From: Tubiluchus corallicola
Lineage: Eukaryota; Animalia; Priapulida
Direction: 5' to 3'
Length of the DNA stretch: 64,000 nucleotides
Assembly: GCA_030141605.1 (NCBI GenBank)
Contig: JAQGDQ010000028.1
Span: 620,001-684,000 of the forward strand
The notes beneath the pieces were generated by a model. The model searched no databases. It worked only from the letters and a program-made list of their open reading frames with translations, and was not told where the DNA came from. The position numbers and the translations under genes were made by a program. This document shows positions 50,501-62,644 of this stretch, piece after piece; position 1 is the first letter of the stretch; each line of letters opens with the position of its first letter.

Positions 50501-51153
50501 ACTAAGTGCAAACGTATAATGTTGAAATATTTTGTATTTATCTGTTTTGAAATTTTCCATTTCTTAAAACAATGATACAGACAGTTACTCTTCGCAGGGG
50601 TTTGGTGAAACTACATATTGCATATTAATTAATGTAGTAATTAATCAATACAATTGATATTTGAGCGGTCACATTAACACCTGAGTGCAGTTAACATTTG
50701 AACATAGACAAGGATAGGTCCTGATGGTTTTAAAGAACATAGTCTAAATAAGGATAGTGGTGCTTTTACATCTCAATGCTGCTAGATGATTTTTGAAAAC
50801 GTTTAGATGTCAGCCAAATTGCAGACTCTGAAATGTTAATATTGCAGGAGATTGTATCACTTGTTTCAGAGAAAATACTCTGGTATTTTTGTTCAGATGA
50901 CGATAAATTATTTTTTATTTTTAAGGTTCCCGCACACACATCTGTGTTCGTGAATGATCTCAAACTTTCCGACTTTAAACAGTTGCTCATACAGGAAGGT
51001 CACAAGGCAGAATTCTCAGGTGGTGTTCTCGTCATCAACAATACCGTTGCAGTGAGAAAGAATGAAGTTGGGCGGTTTACTTTTGAGGGCTGTTTGAGTG
51101 AGGATTATTATGTAATACGGGAACTTTTTTATGAACAGTTTGCTATCTGTTAA
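35514..51153 (+). CDS. CPSF2: Cleavage and polyadenylation specificity factor subunit 2 (CPSF100), 17 coding exons, 761 aa
   Basis: Exons 35514-35662, 37596-37755, 38231-38336, 39428-39557, 40074-40189, 40901-40989, 41789-41916, 43727-43820, 44111-44278, 44920-45029, 45695-45803, 46291-46397, 46743-46825, 47715-47857, 48449-48589, 49527-49751, 50926-51153 (TAA); total 2286 nt, all GT-AG. Motifs [122 protein letters not shown] (MBL/beta-CASP CPSF100). Confidence 0.97.
35776..37275 (+). mobile_element. pogo/Tigger (Tc1-mariner superfamily) DNA transposon, internally deleted, in CPSF2 intron 1
   Basis: 26-bp TIRs CAGTAGTCGCCGCTTAAtAGAtTCAC / reverse complement ending at 37275 (2 mismatches), with TA on the left flank. 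ORF 36324-36623 is a CENP-B/psq-type HTH N-terminus ([12 protein letters not shown]...[13 protein letters not shown]...[10 protein letters not shown]). ORF 36661-36978 resembles the Tigger C-terminus ([17 protein letters not shown]). The DDE core is absent. Confidence 0.88.
42306..43008 (+). mobile_element. Older non-autonomous copy of the same Tigger-like family, in CPSF2 intron 7
   Basis: Aligns by eye with both ends of the 35776-37275 element (cagtgggcgccgtttattagactca... and ...cccaaagtgagtctgttaagcgg); no coding remnant. Confidence 0.8.
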
Positions 51154-51179
51154 CAGTAGGAGGATGTGAGATGCAAATT

Positions 51180-51300
51180 TGTACAGAAATTGTATTTATG
51201 TACATAATTATTGTAATTAAATTCATTGCTTATAATAAACTGAGTGTTAAATTGCCAGTCGCAGAACTAACCTTTTTTCTTTATGCCTTTTTTCAATAAA
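51180..51300 (+). terminator. Putative CPSF2 polyadenylation region
   Basis: Four TGTA (CFIm UGUA) motifs at 51180-51215, then AATAAA at 51234-51239 and 51295-51300, with a T-rich tract between them. Confidence 0.55.
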
Positions 51301-52909
51301 GTTGACAAGATAAGCAAATCACGTCATCCCCTTGAGGTTTCTATAAGCTATTTGTTGACAATTTCTGCATTTGCAATTCACTTATTAATGGCCCTTGTAC
51401 TTTTACTCTGTAACATGTTGCAACTTAATACTGTGAGTATATGATTGGGTCTCATCCTCGTAGGAAGAAAGTTTTTTTCAACAATTTGACTAGAAATTTA
51501 ATTGGTCATTTAGCTGACAGTTGAACTTGTATAATTTCGTTAGAAAGTACGTAAATTTTCGGAACGAAAATCAGAAATGAAACTGACCATGTTTAGGTGT
51601 GGTATAACCTAGAATGCACCCACGCACCTTACAATAATCAGTGACACTTCTTGAATGCTTAGCACTTAACAACTGCCTTTTACTATCAGCACACACCATC
51701 AGAAAAACAAAATACGTATGAATACAAAATTACATGCATGTAGGTCTTCATTTCACTTCAATCAATGTCTCTCTTAAAAACCAATTTAAGTAAATTTGGG
51801 AACCATTTGGGAACCATTAAGTATTTGGATCCCTCATTATCTTCCCTGCTCATTCAAACACATTTAAATTAGCAGAAATGAGCAAATCTGTACAAATAAA
51901 GTACTTAGAAAAGCAACGTAAGAAATCTAATTTAAAGACTAAGTGAACGTATAAATTATACGAACATTATTTATTACTTTCATATTAATAAATTATGTAA
52001 CACAGCATTATTACAAATGTCAAATTTTATTTATTATTAAATCAAATGAAGTCACGTATAAATTGTACATCACTAATTAAACTTTATTTTGGAACGTTAA
52101 TAATAATTATGATTATGGTCAACTCTGAATGCAATAATACAGTGCACCTTTATTCAAACGAGATCTTTTCATACAAAAATAAAATATGATACCTAGCTGC
52201 CAAGTGACGTTGCAAAAAATATCAATACTTTTGATGATTAAGATGCTTCTATATTGATAAAATAATTTGTCTGAATGTGTACACTATTTGGCTTGCTTAA
52301 TGTTGCAAATGTATTTAATTTTAGAATAATTGTAATGAAAAAGAATTTACACTTGTTGAAATCAGATTTCTATAAAAACAGGTTATCTTTTATAAAATTA
52401 GAAAATCACGATCCAGGTATGGCTGAATATCAAAGAAATTCTCGTGAATGCAAAAGCAGATTTTTGCTGCATGTATCAATAAAGCAAAATATATTAGTAT
52501 GTATCACATGAAACAATATCAAAGCAATCAACATCTATTATCAGTTAATGATAATCAGTACGCAAAGGTTCTGGATATGATCACTTTTTTATGCTGGTTG
52601 GCACATAAAAAGAACGAGTTCAAAATAAGCAAAAGGCGCACTGCAAAAATAACAATACCAACAATCAATTCTTACACCTGTTACACTTACAAAATGCTGG
52701 CCAGCTTTGCTAATGAAACCTTCAGTACTAACTCCATAATTATTTACAATTTGCAATATATAACTTTCATAATATTTTACCTTTCAGTTTACTGAAGATC
52801 TGCAAATTATTACTCAACTGTGATTCATATCACTAAAATCAACTATTTTTTTCTAAAATAACACATTTGGTTGACTTAGCACCACAACAGTACTTATCAG
52901 ACTTTATTA

Positions 52910-55900
52910 CTAAGGCAGTTTCACATGGCTGCAGAATGGTGTAGTTAATGATACACAAGGCTTAACCACTGGACAGCCCATTTCAGTTTGTCGGATGACA
53001 ATGCCATCTTCTTCCATGCTGAAACATCCGGAATCCAACTGATCCTCCTCGTCCTGTTTTATGATAATCTGGGCACGTTTGCCATCATCCCTGAAAACAC
53101 TGTCAAAACTATCTGGATCGCAATCTGATCTAGCCGGGCTATGTCCCAATCCTGAGTCCTGAGAGTCAAGAACCCTGTGAACACTTAGCGATGGAATTTC
53201 AATTGCAGAAGTCTTCTTCTGCAGAGCAGCATCTACTTCGTGTGGTGTCAACTTAGACTCTTCATCATCCATGTGTTCAGAACCAGAATCACGACTGCGT
53301 GGTTTCTGTAGAATGGGCTGTTCGCTGTCTGCATCAATGTTGTCAGTGCTTCTCCAACACGTAACGTATCTACGTGGCCCGCGGATGACGGTCGTAGATC
53401 CACTCAGTGACCGAGTTTCGCCACCTATTACATCTACATCATGCTTTGGATTCGGACTAGGTGGCACACAAGTAATATTCCTACTCGTTATGCAAGGCGG
53501 CACATCCGGCTTTCCAGTACATCGTATTTCTTTCACCACCCACTCTCCCTCAACATCTTCACTACTCACAAACTTTCTCACTTTCTCTGGTTTTGCAACA
53601 GGCGACATTGCCTGATTATTTTGCATATTTATATGTGAATCAGAAGGCTCAACTTCTTGAGAACAACTGTCCCAAAAATTTCGCTTGTAGGGTGCACTGA
53701 TAGTACTGCTGTCAGGACCAGATTCACAAAAGAATGTTGATTTCGATTTTTTGTCATTAGTGGCAACTGAAACATTTGATTTATCACATTCAGGCTGTTC
53801 TGTCACTGTTGAACGATTACTTTTCTTTTTTCCGCAGAACATGGGTCGAAATGCACTACCAACTAATGGAGTTTCGGGCACAGCCTCTTTCTCTGTTCTC
53901 AGAAAGTGCCGATCAACTTCTATCTCTAGAGGAGGTGCACGAGTTTTGCTCTTGCAGAAAGGAAAGCGTGTTCGTTTACTACCGGGCACTGGCGGTTTTC
54001 CCACGTCCGATTTCATATCCCTTTTGAATGCTTCGGTAGCCGACTTTATGTACTTCAATAGCGGTGAACGTGAAGAATCTAGTTTCACTGATTTTATAAA
54101 CTGCGGCTTGAAGTCGAATGGGTCTTTAACAGAATTTCTGCCCACCTCGCTCATTCCAGTTGAGTAACTGGAACATTTAATGAGTTCACGCTGGTCAGTG
54201 GGTACTGAATCAGCGTCGGGTACAACTACGTACTTATCTAACACATCTAACAGATCAGCACTGTTACTTTTCCGCATTTCGTGTATGCGGCTAGAATCTA
54301 CAGAATCTAATTCACACCTGACCTTTACACTACAAACAGAGTTATCATCGGATCGGCAGCTTATTTTGACGACCGGAACAACATTTTCTAATTCCTCACT
54401 CATGTCACTTGCGACGCAAGGAGTGAAATTCAATTTGTCCAGATTTTTCGTCGGTATAGCACTTACTTTGTTTGATCCGGGCGAAAGAAGATTTTCCTTT
54501 GAATTGGATGGCGTAACGAATGTAAGCTTTGCTATGGCGGAAGTAGGAGACAATCCAGTAGTGACAGTGCTCTCTGCGGTAGTTGACACATTGAAAACAC
54601 ACTGACGTTTAAATGCAGGTGTTCCAGAACCAAGAGAATAACCCTTTGACAAAAGAACTTGTTCCCATTCCAACAACTGCCCCAAGAAGTTAAAATTTGG
54701 AGAAATTACAGGCCTCTTTGCTTTTACATACCTGAAACATAAAAAATAAAAATTGGATTTCTTGATTCTACAAATCTGTCTCTATAAAACACCAATTATG
54801 ACTACATTTACATGAAATGTTTATATGTTGCACATGTTTTTTTGGAAAATCACTGTCTTTACCTGTATGCCTCATCTGATGTCATATGTAGATTTCGCAT
54901 GATATATCCTATAACGAAAGTAGGCGAGCGAGAAATTCCAGCCATGCAATGTATCAGAACACTTTCACCAGAGTTTTTCACTTTATCTAGAAGAAATGAA
55001 AAACATTGAGGACACGAATACTTCTAGTCTATCACATATAATGTCTTAAAAGTTAAAATCAATGCCACTCTGTGCCATTACCAACGCACGAATATGCAGC
55101 TATATTTTCTAATTAGCAATTATTCTGCTTTTTCGAAGGCAGCATCAGATATATTGATATTGGTATAGGCTTCCCTAGTGCACTAGTCAGACATGCTGTT
55201 CTATACAACATCAACACTGGCAGTGTGAACACAGGTTTTTTAGTAACTGTATCCTACAAGTATCTCCTTATCCTACTGTCTAGTCTGTGTTACTACCTTG
55301 CTGCTGATATACAGGCATAGCTTTCTAAAAGTGGGCATCATAGCAAGTCTTATCAGTTTGACTATAATGAATCCGAAAAACACTATTGCCAACTCAAAAA
55401 ATTATCAGAAAGGGGTTAAAAACGCGAAAAAAATGGCCGCCAAGTTTTTGCACAAACAACGTAAGCTAAGAGAAATTTTCAGAAAATTAACAGCTAATAT
55501 GACATCTATTTCAAGGTAGTTGGACCCGAGGAAACCATTTCTGTCATTGTCATTTGAAATGGCCGCCATGCGATAACGAAATAATACCGATCATGCAGTT
55601 ACATTAACCGTTTCGTCATAAGATTTTTTATACAAACAAAAAACAATCAACTGGATTTTCTTGAATCCAGAAAGCTGCTACTAGCCCCAAAATAATGCAA
55701 AGTGATTCAAACAGCCCAATAAGTAAAAAACAAAATGACCAACGGGATCCCTACATAATTGTCTAGCAGAATGGTGAAAAACCTGGTCTTTTAACTTAAG
55801 TTACAAAATTTGCACAATGTTAAAACCAGTCAAGGTGATTAATTTTGGATATGAGGGCCAATCTAACATCATCCAGTATCCATTGGTTGCCATTTTCAAA

Positions 55901-58900
55901 AAATGGTTGACAAGATTGATGCCTGGAATTGCTAGTTTTGAATGCAATGTCCTAACTGTTGGCACAGTTAATATGACAACTTTGGTGTCAAGATATAGGT
56001 TAGGTTTTCAATTTCAAGAAGCTAATTTCTGACCCCCCAAAAACACCTATGACATCACCTCAGTTAGGACTTCAAGATGGTTGCCAAAATATTTGTAGCC
56101 ACTTGTGTAATATATTAGCTATATTGCCCAACCTAAGGTAAATAAGATGATGACATTAGTATCTATATGTAGGGCTTGAAGGTCAAGGATTTAGGGTAGT
56201 ACCAATATGACCAACATTTTCAAAATGGCAGAAAAGGTATCTTATACCATATGAAAATGTGGATGTCACCGATTCTGCAAAAAAATCAGCTTCGCAAGCA
56301 ATCCATGCCAATCCTGTTTGCAATCAAACTTCAGTTTTTACAGAAAGAGAAAAAAGATTGGCTTGGCCCACATAACGGAAACATTTGTATTTTTAAGAGA
56401 CACTACCAGAACAGAACTGTTGACTTAACTCATGGCTGTGCTGGAACGTTTTGCTGTACTCCTGTATCATAAAGGTGGCACATTGTCGTCAGTTTGCAAA
56501 GCAGGTAAAGGCTTGTTCACTACAAAGGAAAGGCTTTTTGGTGACAATTCCCCCAACATATACCACACTGTTGGGGCACACCAGAGGAGTGGTATATCAG
56601 GCAGGTATTGTTGGTCCAGGTATTGATCACTAACGTAGCACCAGATGTGGATTCCTTGAAAAGCTACATCTACACACAAAAATCATCATCTTATCTGCTC
56701 TGGCAACTGTGATGTCGCCTTTAACTGATGCTAGAGATATAAAGCTTGTTGGCCACCTTGAAAGTGGCGACCTCATTGAACTCTAATCTACAGCTTTTAC
56801 TGTTAATACCCTATATCTAGATACTAAAATTATCATTCTATCTGCCTTAGAACATGCAATGTAGCTAAGTAGCTAACGTATTACACTAGCTGCCACAGTC
56901 ATGTTGGCAACCGCCTCGAAATTGACCTGGATCCCGAAATAATAGTCTCTTGTAGAATGAGGAAAAACTTGCTCGTTTCGTCTAAATAAAGTTACAATAC
57001 TTTGCGCAAAGCTAAAACCCAACAAAGTGATTAATTTTGGATATGAGGCCAAACGGAAATCTTCCAGTATTGCTGCCATTTTAAAATGGCCTGGAAGTTG
57101 GAAGACTGTTGCAAATTTTTTAAAGCCGTATCTTAGCTGCTACAGCACGTGTTTTAAAAGTGTTAGTTATGGGTTTCTTGACCGTTAAAACATGGCGGCC
57201 ATTTTCTTTTTTGCTTATTTTTTATTATTAGTTATTAGTCTTGCAGCATTTAGATTCAACAAGGTCGAATTAATAAAAATGACCTGCTTTTTGTTTTTAT
57301 GTTAAACCTTTAGGTAAGCAGGTAATATAAGTTATCGGTATAATTTCTTTTTGTGTGGCGGGCATTTTGAAAACCGCGACCATTTTTGTAACAAAAGTAA
57401 CAGAAATGCATTGCAAAGGCCCAGGAATAGATATCATCATCGCTTCACAATATTAATTTTCAGGGAATTTCTTTTGATTTATACTGTGTGTGCAAAAACT
57501 TTACTGCCATTTTGTTTTTTTTTGCGTTTTTGGCCATTTTCCATTAATTTCTCAAGCCGGCGACAGCTTTTTTCGGATTCAGCTTGGTCACATTGACAAG
57601 ACTGTGGCAGTGTTGCACACTTTTAGAAAAAACTGCCTCTAGAACTTTAGAGATGCACATTTTCATGATTTTCTTCTAGTCTAGTGGTGGCCATTTTGAA
57701 AAAGATTGGTCATTTTTGAAATGAAAAATACAGAAATAGGTTCCACGGGTCCAACTGCCCTGGAAACAATGTCATAATGGCTTTTTAATGTTAATTTTCT
57801 GGAAATTTCTTTTAATTTACATTGGTTATGCAAAAACTTAGCGGCCATTTTGTTTTTTTGCCTCTTTCCACTAATTCTTTGAGGTGGCAACAGCTTTTTT
57901 CGGATTCAGCATAGTCGACTTAATTAGACTGGCTATGTTGCCCACTTTTAGAAAAAAACGCCCTAGAACTTTATAGAAGAACTTTTTTCAGAATTTGGGT
58001 CTAGATTACATGATAGCAAATTTTGCTAAAATTACTGATAAACTTTGAACATGGCCTCTGCCGTACACTGTAGTTGTCATTTACAATCTCTTTTCAGTTT
58101 GTTGAATTCTATTTATACTTTTACAAACCTATGAAACTGAAAGCCAGTTCAAACCAAGGCAAAAGTTTCTCAGCATAATTGTCCAGGACGGGAATTCGTA
58201 GGAACTGACTGTCTTGCGGAACGCATTCCGCTCGCGGCATATTCCCGGTAGCATTTAATATGTATGTGACACCAAGCATCTAAGAATGACACAAAAGCTG
58301 GTTCAATTTGATATCCCTATACAGTGCACAAAATATTAGATAAATAGGATGAATTTATTTTAATTGCCATGAAGTAGTTTCATATTACATCAAAGTGCCC
58401 TGCAAAAAACTCATTTCTTCTCTGACGATGTAGCCTGCTCGATTTAAGATAAAAAAACTTTGAAATAATTCATGTAAAAATTTCTGCTTAATTCGACTCA
58501 CTTACAGTGATTCAGGCCAAGTTACGTAAATGCATTATCCATTATGGCAATGAACCTACCTTCATTAACTCATTATCCTGCGCATCTTTGCTGCTGCCAA
58601 GGTAAAGAAATGGTAGTATTCTTGTTGGACCACAGTTTGTGACAGGAAGACAAGGCCCCGAATGAGTTGTTAGTGGTGTGTGATTCTTGCTGTTTTTGTC
58701 TTCGCACAGTTCTGGATATTTTGTACTAAATTCCAAAAATCCACCTAAAGAAAAGTTAATCACATTAGAGTTATTAGACATAACATCACTATTTTAACTT
58801 CTGATGTGTCAAACTCAAAAGCAAGACAGGTATAAATTTGGATTAAATTTGAATGGACTAAATCAGTACATCATGCTGTGAACGGTATAACTACACATCT

Positions 58901-61900
58901 CGGGAGACTAATCTCTAATAAAGATGTGTTAGTGCACATGGAATTAAATAGTACAATGACAATCACTACAAATGTTATAGGAATGAATTGTTTTCCAACT
59001 ATAAAAGTCAAGCACTAGGCAGAAAAATCTTCCTAAATAGGGCCTCATGTCAAAAAAATCACACATGCAAATATGGCACAAGTATAACCAATAACTGTAA
59101 ACACACGAACTGAGTTGTATGCCAAGTTGTAGGTTTCACAAAACTAAAACTATATCTATGACTAAATAACTTTAAGAGTTTTTAAAGCATGGGATTTCGA
59201 ATTAAATAGTAGAATTACCCTTTAAAAGACTAACGCTACGAAACACTTCTCTCAGTTTCGTAATGATCACAGCTAAAAAACTGTCGTCCGGAATGGACTT
59301 AGGATCGGTCGTGTTTTCATCATAAATTACCACATCCGCTGTTGCATCAACACAGTCGACACGACCATTCTGTTGTAACAGATCTTTAACAGATACCTGC
59401 AAAAAACAAATTTTCAGTAAAAATAAATCCAGAATCAAAAGTGAATAACAACAGACAATTTACAAGTGAATGGTTCGAGTGAAATAAATTAAAAGTGGAA
59501 TTATGAGATAATGAAATTTTCACAATAAAACAAATAACTGTAGTTGCTGAGGAAAAGAAATCATCAAACCATTGAAATGTGTACAACCACATGCAGACAG
59601 CAGTGAGCAATACAAGCTCAGAATAAGACCTACACATATTATTACTAGTGCAATTGTAGGAGAGAAAAATTAAATATTGCAGGACCAAAACAGTAACTAG
59701 CAAATTTCTTTGTTCTTTATACACAAGGCTGGTGGTTGCTCCACGTAAAGTGCTACAGTAAGAATATGAAAATTATTATTATTGTTATTATTATTTATTT
59801 ATTTCCACAGCTAGGTTATAAATTACATGAAAATACACACACAATTACAAATAAATTTACAATTATAATAACAAAAAAATAATATAAAACTACAATCACT
59901 AAAATGTGAATACAGGTCCAGAATATAGGAATTCTTATAACCAATGTAATGTAATGTAATATTTATTTCCACTTAAAACAAAATACTATTACAAAATTTG
60001 CCCAAAAAACACAATTTCTGCACAACAGCACAGAATAAAATTATTTAATAGTATTTCGTTTGCTTGTCAGAATCGAAGAGGACATTTAAGGCAATACCTA
60101 CTGCTGATGGATGGGGCAGATAAAGTGACAGTTAACAGGAAAAAATTAAAAATGAAGGTTCATAGGTAGAAAGCCTAGTGTTTAAAGTCATCCTGCACCA
60201 GGAATGACCATGGTAAAATCATGAGCAGCAGCAACAAACAAGAATGACCAGAACAAGTACTGAGATGTACGAACACCTTTCACAAAAGCAGTGGTTAAAG
60301 CGATTTAGCACAGCAAAAGGCATTTGACGAGAAAGAAACTTAGTTTTTCTAGCTTATGGTGACCACCAACCATACTACCAATATGCTAAGACCAACATTT
60401 GCACACTTTCATGCTTCCAAATGTAGATATAAAGAACAGAGCTTTTCTGACAGTCAGAAAGCAGGTAACAACTTATTGGTGATTAATGACATTAAAATGA
60501 CCAAAAAAAACGATGAAAGAATTCAATATAAATGAAATAACGTTCGGCACCACCTCACAAAGTTAAAATAGTTCTGTACTAAATTAACAATAAAATGATT
60601 GTGGTTGGAGTTAGACAGCCTCCTCTGATTTTAAAAACACTGACCAGTGACCAACTTGTAAAGAAAAACAGCAAAATAAAGATATTGCCATTACGATCAT
60701 TGCTATTATAGTATACTAAAGAAAGCAACCATTTTACGATAAGCACTGGTGAGTAGTAGTAATAGCTTCAGTCTACATGGGGCTTACTGACTAACCCCTT
60801 TAGACATGTGCAGACCATCTTTCTAACAGCAGAAATTAAAGCCTTTCGACACAAAACAGTACATGTGCCTCATACATGACCCATATGCAGCAGTGATTCA
60901 TGCACAAATGTATTTACATCATGGGCCACTGACTTGGAAGAACATCTGTCTATCACATAAAATAGCATCATTTCCAAGGCGAATGAGGTTACGATTCGAA
61001 TATTCAAAACTGAACCTTAATTAAACAAACAAGTAGTATAGTGTGTGAGATTTAGTCATATTAAATCAAAATATATGAGTGAGTCATTATCATGAATGAG
61101 TGAACCATGATATAGTGTACACAGTTAATCACTACCACAGTTATGCACATAGCATAGGGCTCACCAGAAATTTCTCATCTAAATGTTTGCAACTTCAAAA
61201 CGATTGCCAGATTTGCTCAGAACGCATTGAAGATGACCAAAAGTTGATTTATAAATGCATTTCATCAAAAAATGTTTGCCTAATTGCTACTTTCCTTCAT
61301 TCATCTTCTTCAGTTATTTTACTATCAAGTACTTGTAGCCAACTGGACTGCTATTTAAATCGATGAAAGGGTTGCACAATCCTCACAGGAAAACTTGATC
61401 AAAATCACATTAACCTTAACAACCTTAAAGTATGCTTGTGATTACTGATATTATTTGGTTATTCTGAGCACAAACTGCAGACGACGAGTGTAGAAGATTT
61501 TGATAATTCTTCACTGTTCAACAGGTAGAATAATACAGCCTGGATACTGTAAAGCCCCAGGGCATGGCTCTAATGGTAAGTTTGCACATCGGGTACAATG
61601 CGTACGGCCAGTTTTCGTTTGTCTCGGGGTATTTTAGAATGCCTAAACAAAGCAGCTACAGGTATCACTGAAGCACAAAAACCAGGTATAAACTAACTAA
61701 ATAGGTAATCAGGCCTACAGCAAAGCCATGCATCAATTTATGGGCTTTTAAATTGCCATTTGAGCCTCTCACTACACACCAGTGAACTTGAGGTCGTTGT
61801 GACGTCACTCTCAATTTAACAAACAACATTATTTATTCATATACTTAGTTGGCAGGTCTCTGGTCACGGACAAATGAGCCTGTTCAACAATGATTCATGC

Positions 61901-62644
61901 TTTCTAAACATATAGGGTTAATAAAGGTTAACAAATTGCAATTTAACCTGAAATCCGTGAGTCAAAATAGTGACTCTTAATCACTAATTCAGGTTTTGAA
62001 AGCATTCAAGCAGGAGTGTGAATTATTACCGTGTTTGGTGGTTCATAAATTATATGAATTACAATTTCAAAATTAATTTCTTCCTGTCAAATATTAGTCA
62101 CTTGTGCGACCGCTTCCCTCCGTCAATATAAAATCTCTAGATTAGCCAGCAGTTAATCAATATACTGGAAGCCTAGTAACTGTTCCCCCTCCCATGAACT
62201 CTTTCTAGAAACAATAAATTTAATTTTTTATTACACCATATTTGTAGAACAACTAGACTGTGAGGCCTAACACAAAGTTTCGCTCCTGGAAGGAATTCCG
62301 ATCGTTAAAACGTCAAAAGTTGCTTTTAGTCTCAAACAATAATTGTTTTCCTACACAGTACCTGTAGGTTGATGGCAGGGTTAAAATATATTTTAGTACA
62401 GGTTGTATAACATGATAGTGACAGACAGCATAGTAAAATGTGTAATAAAAAGGTAGTGATAAGAGCATTTGAACCTAGATCAGATACAATAAATAAAAAA
62501 TGCAGTGTATTTACAGTTAAAACGATAGTTTACCTTATCTTGCTGCAGCCGTCTTTTTATCAACTTCGAACAGTTGATATTTATTGCATTTGTAAGATGA
62601 CAAGTATTGTACTCTAGAAACGATCGGCTATCCAATATAAGAAC
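52910..62644 (-). CDS. Dual-specificity MAP kinase phosphatase, DUSP8/DUSP16 (MKP7)-like; first coding exon not identified
   Basis: Exons 62644-62534, 59396-59219, 58744-58560, 58279-58129, 54986-54863, 54731-52910 (TAG). Rhodanese/KIM domain VLILDSRSFLEYNTCHLTNAININCSKLIKRRLQQDK, then PCLPVTNCGPTRILPFLYLGS, FLRIPVLDNYAEKLLPWF, catalytic HCMAGISRS, YVKAKRPVISPNFNFLGQLLEWE, followed by a long Ser/Pro-rich tail. Confidence 0.93.
55312..58003 (+). mobile_element. Degenerate DNA transposon with long TIRs, Academ-like, in a DUSP intron
   Basis: About 240-bp left arm (55312-55570) is inverted relative to two tandem right arms (~57350-57683 and ~57684-58003, both ending ..GTCTA). Internal frameshifted fragments LERFAVLLY..SSV..GKGLFTTKER and IPPTYTTLLGHTRGVVYQAG (56432-56620) resemble the segment after the XPG-like domain of Academ transposases. 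Repeated AAAATGGCCGCC motifs. Confidence 0.65.

Noticed and set aside
53271-54605. Long plus-strand ORFs (114-141 aa)
   Set aside because: They are antisense shadows of the DUSP last exon.
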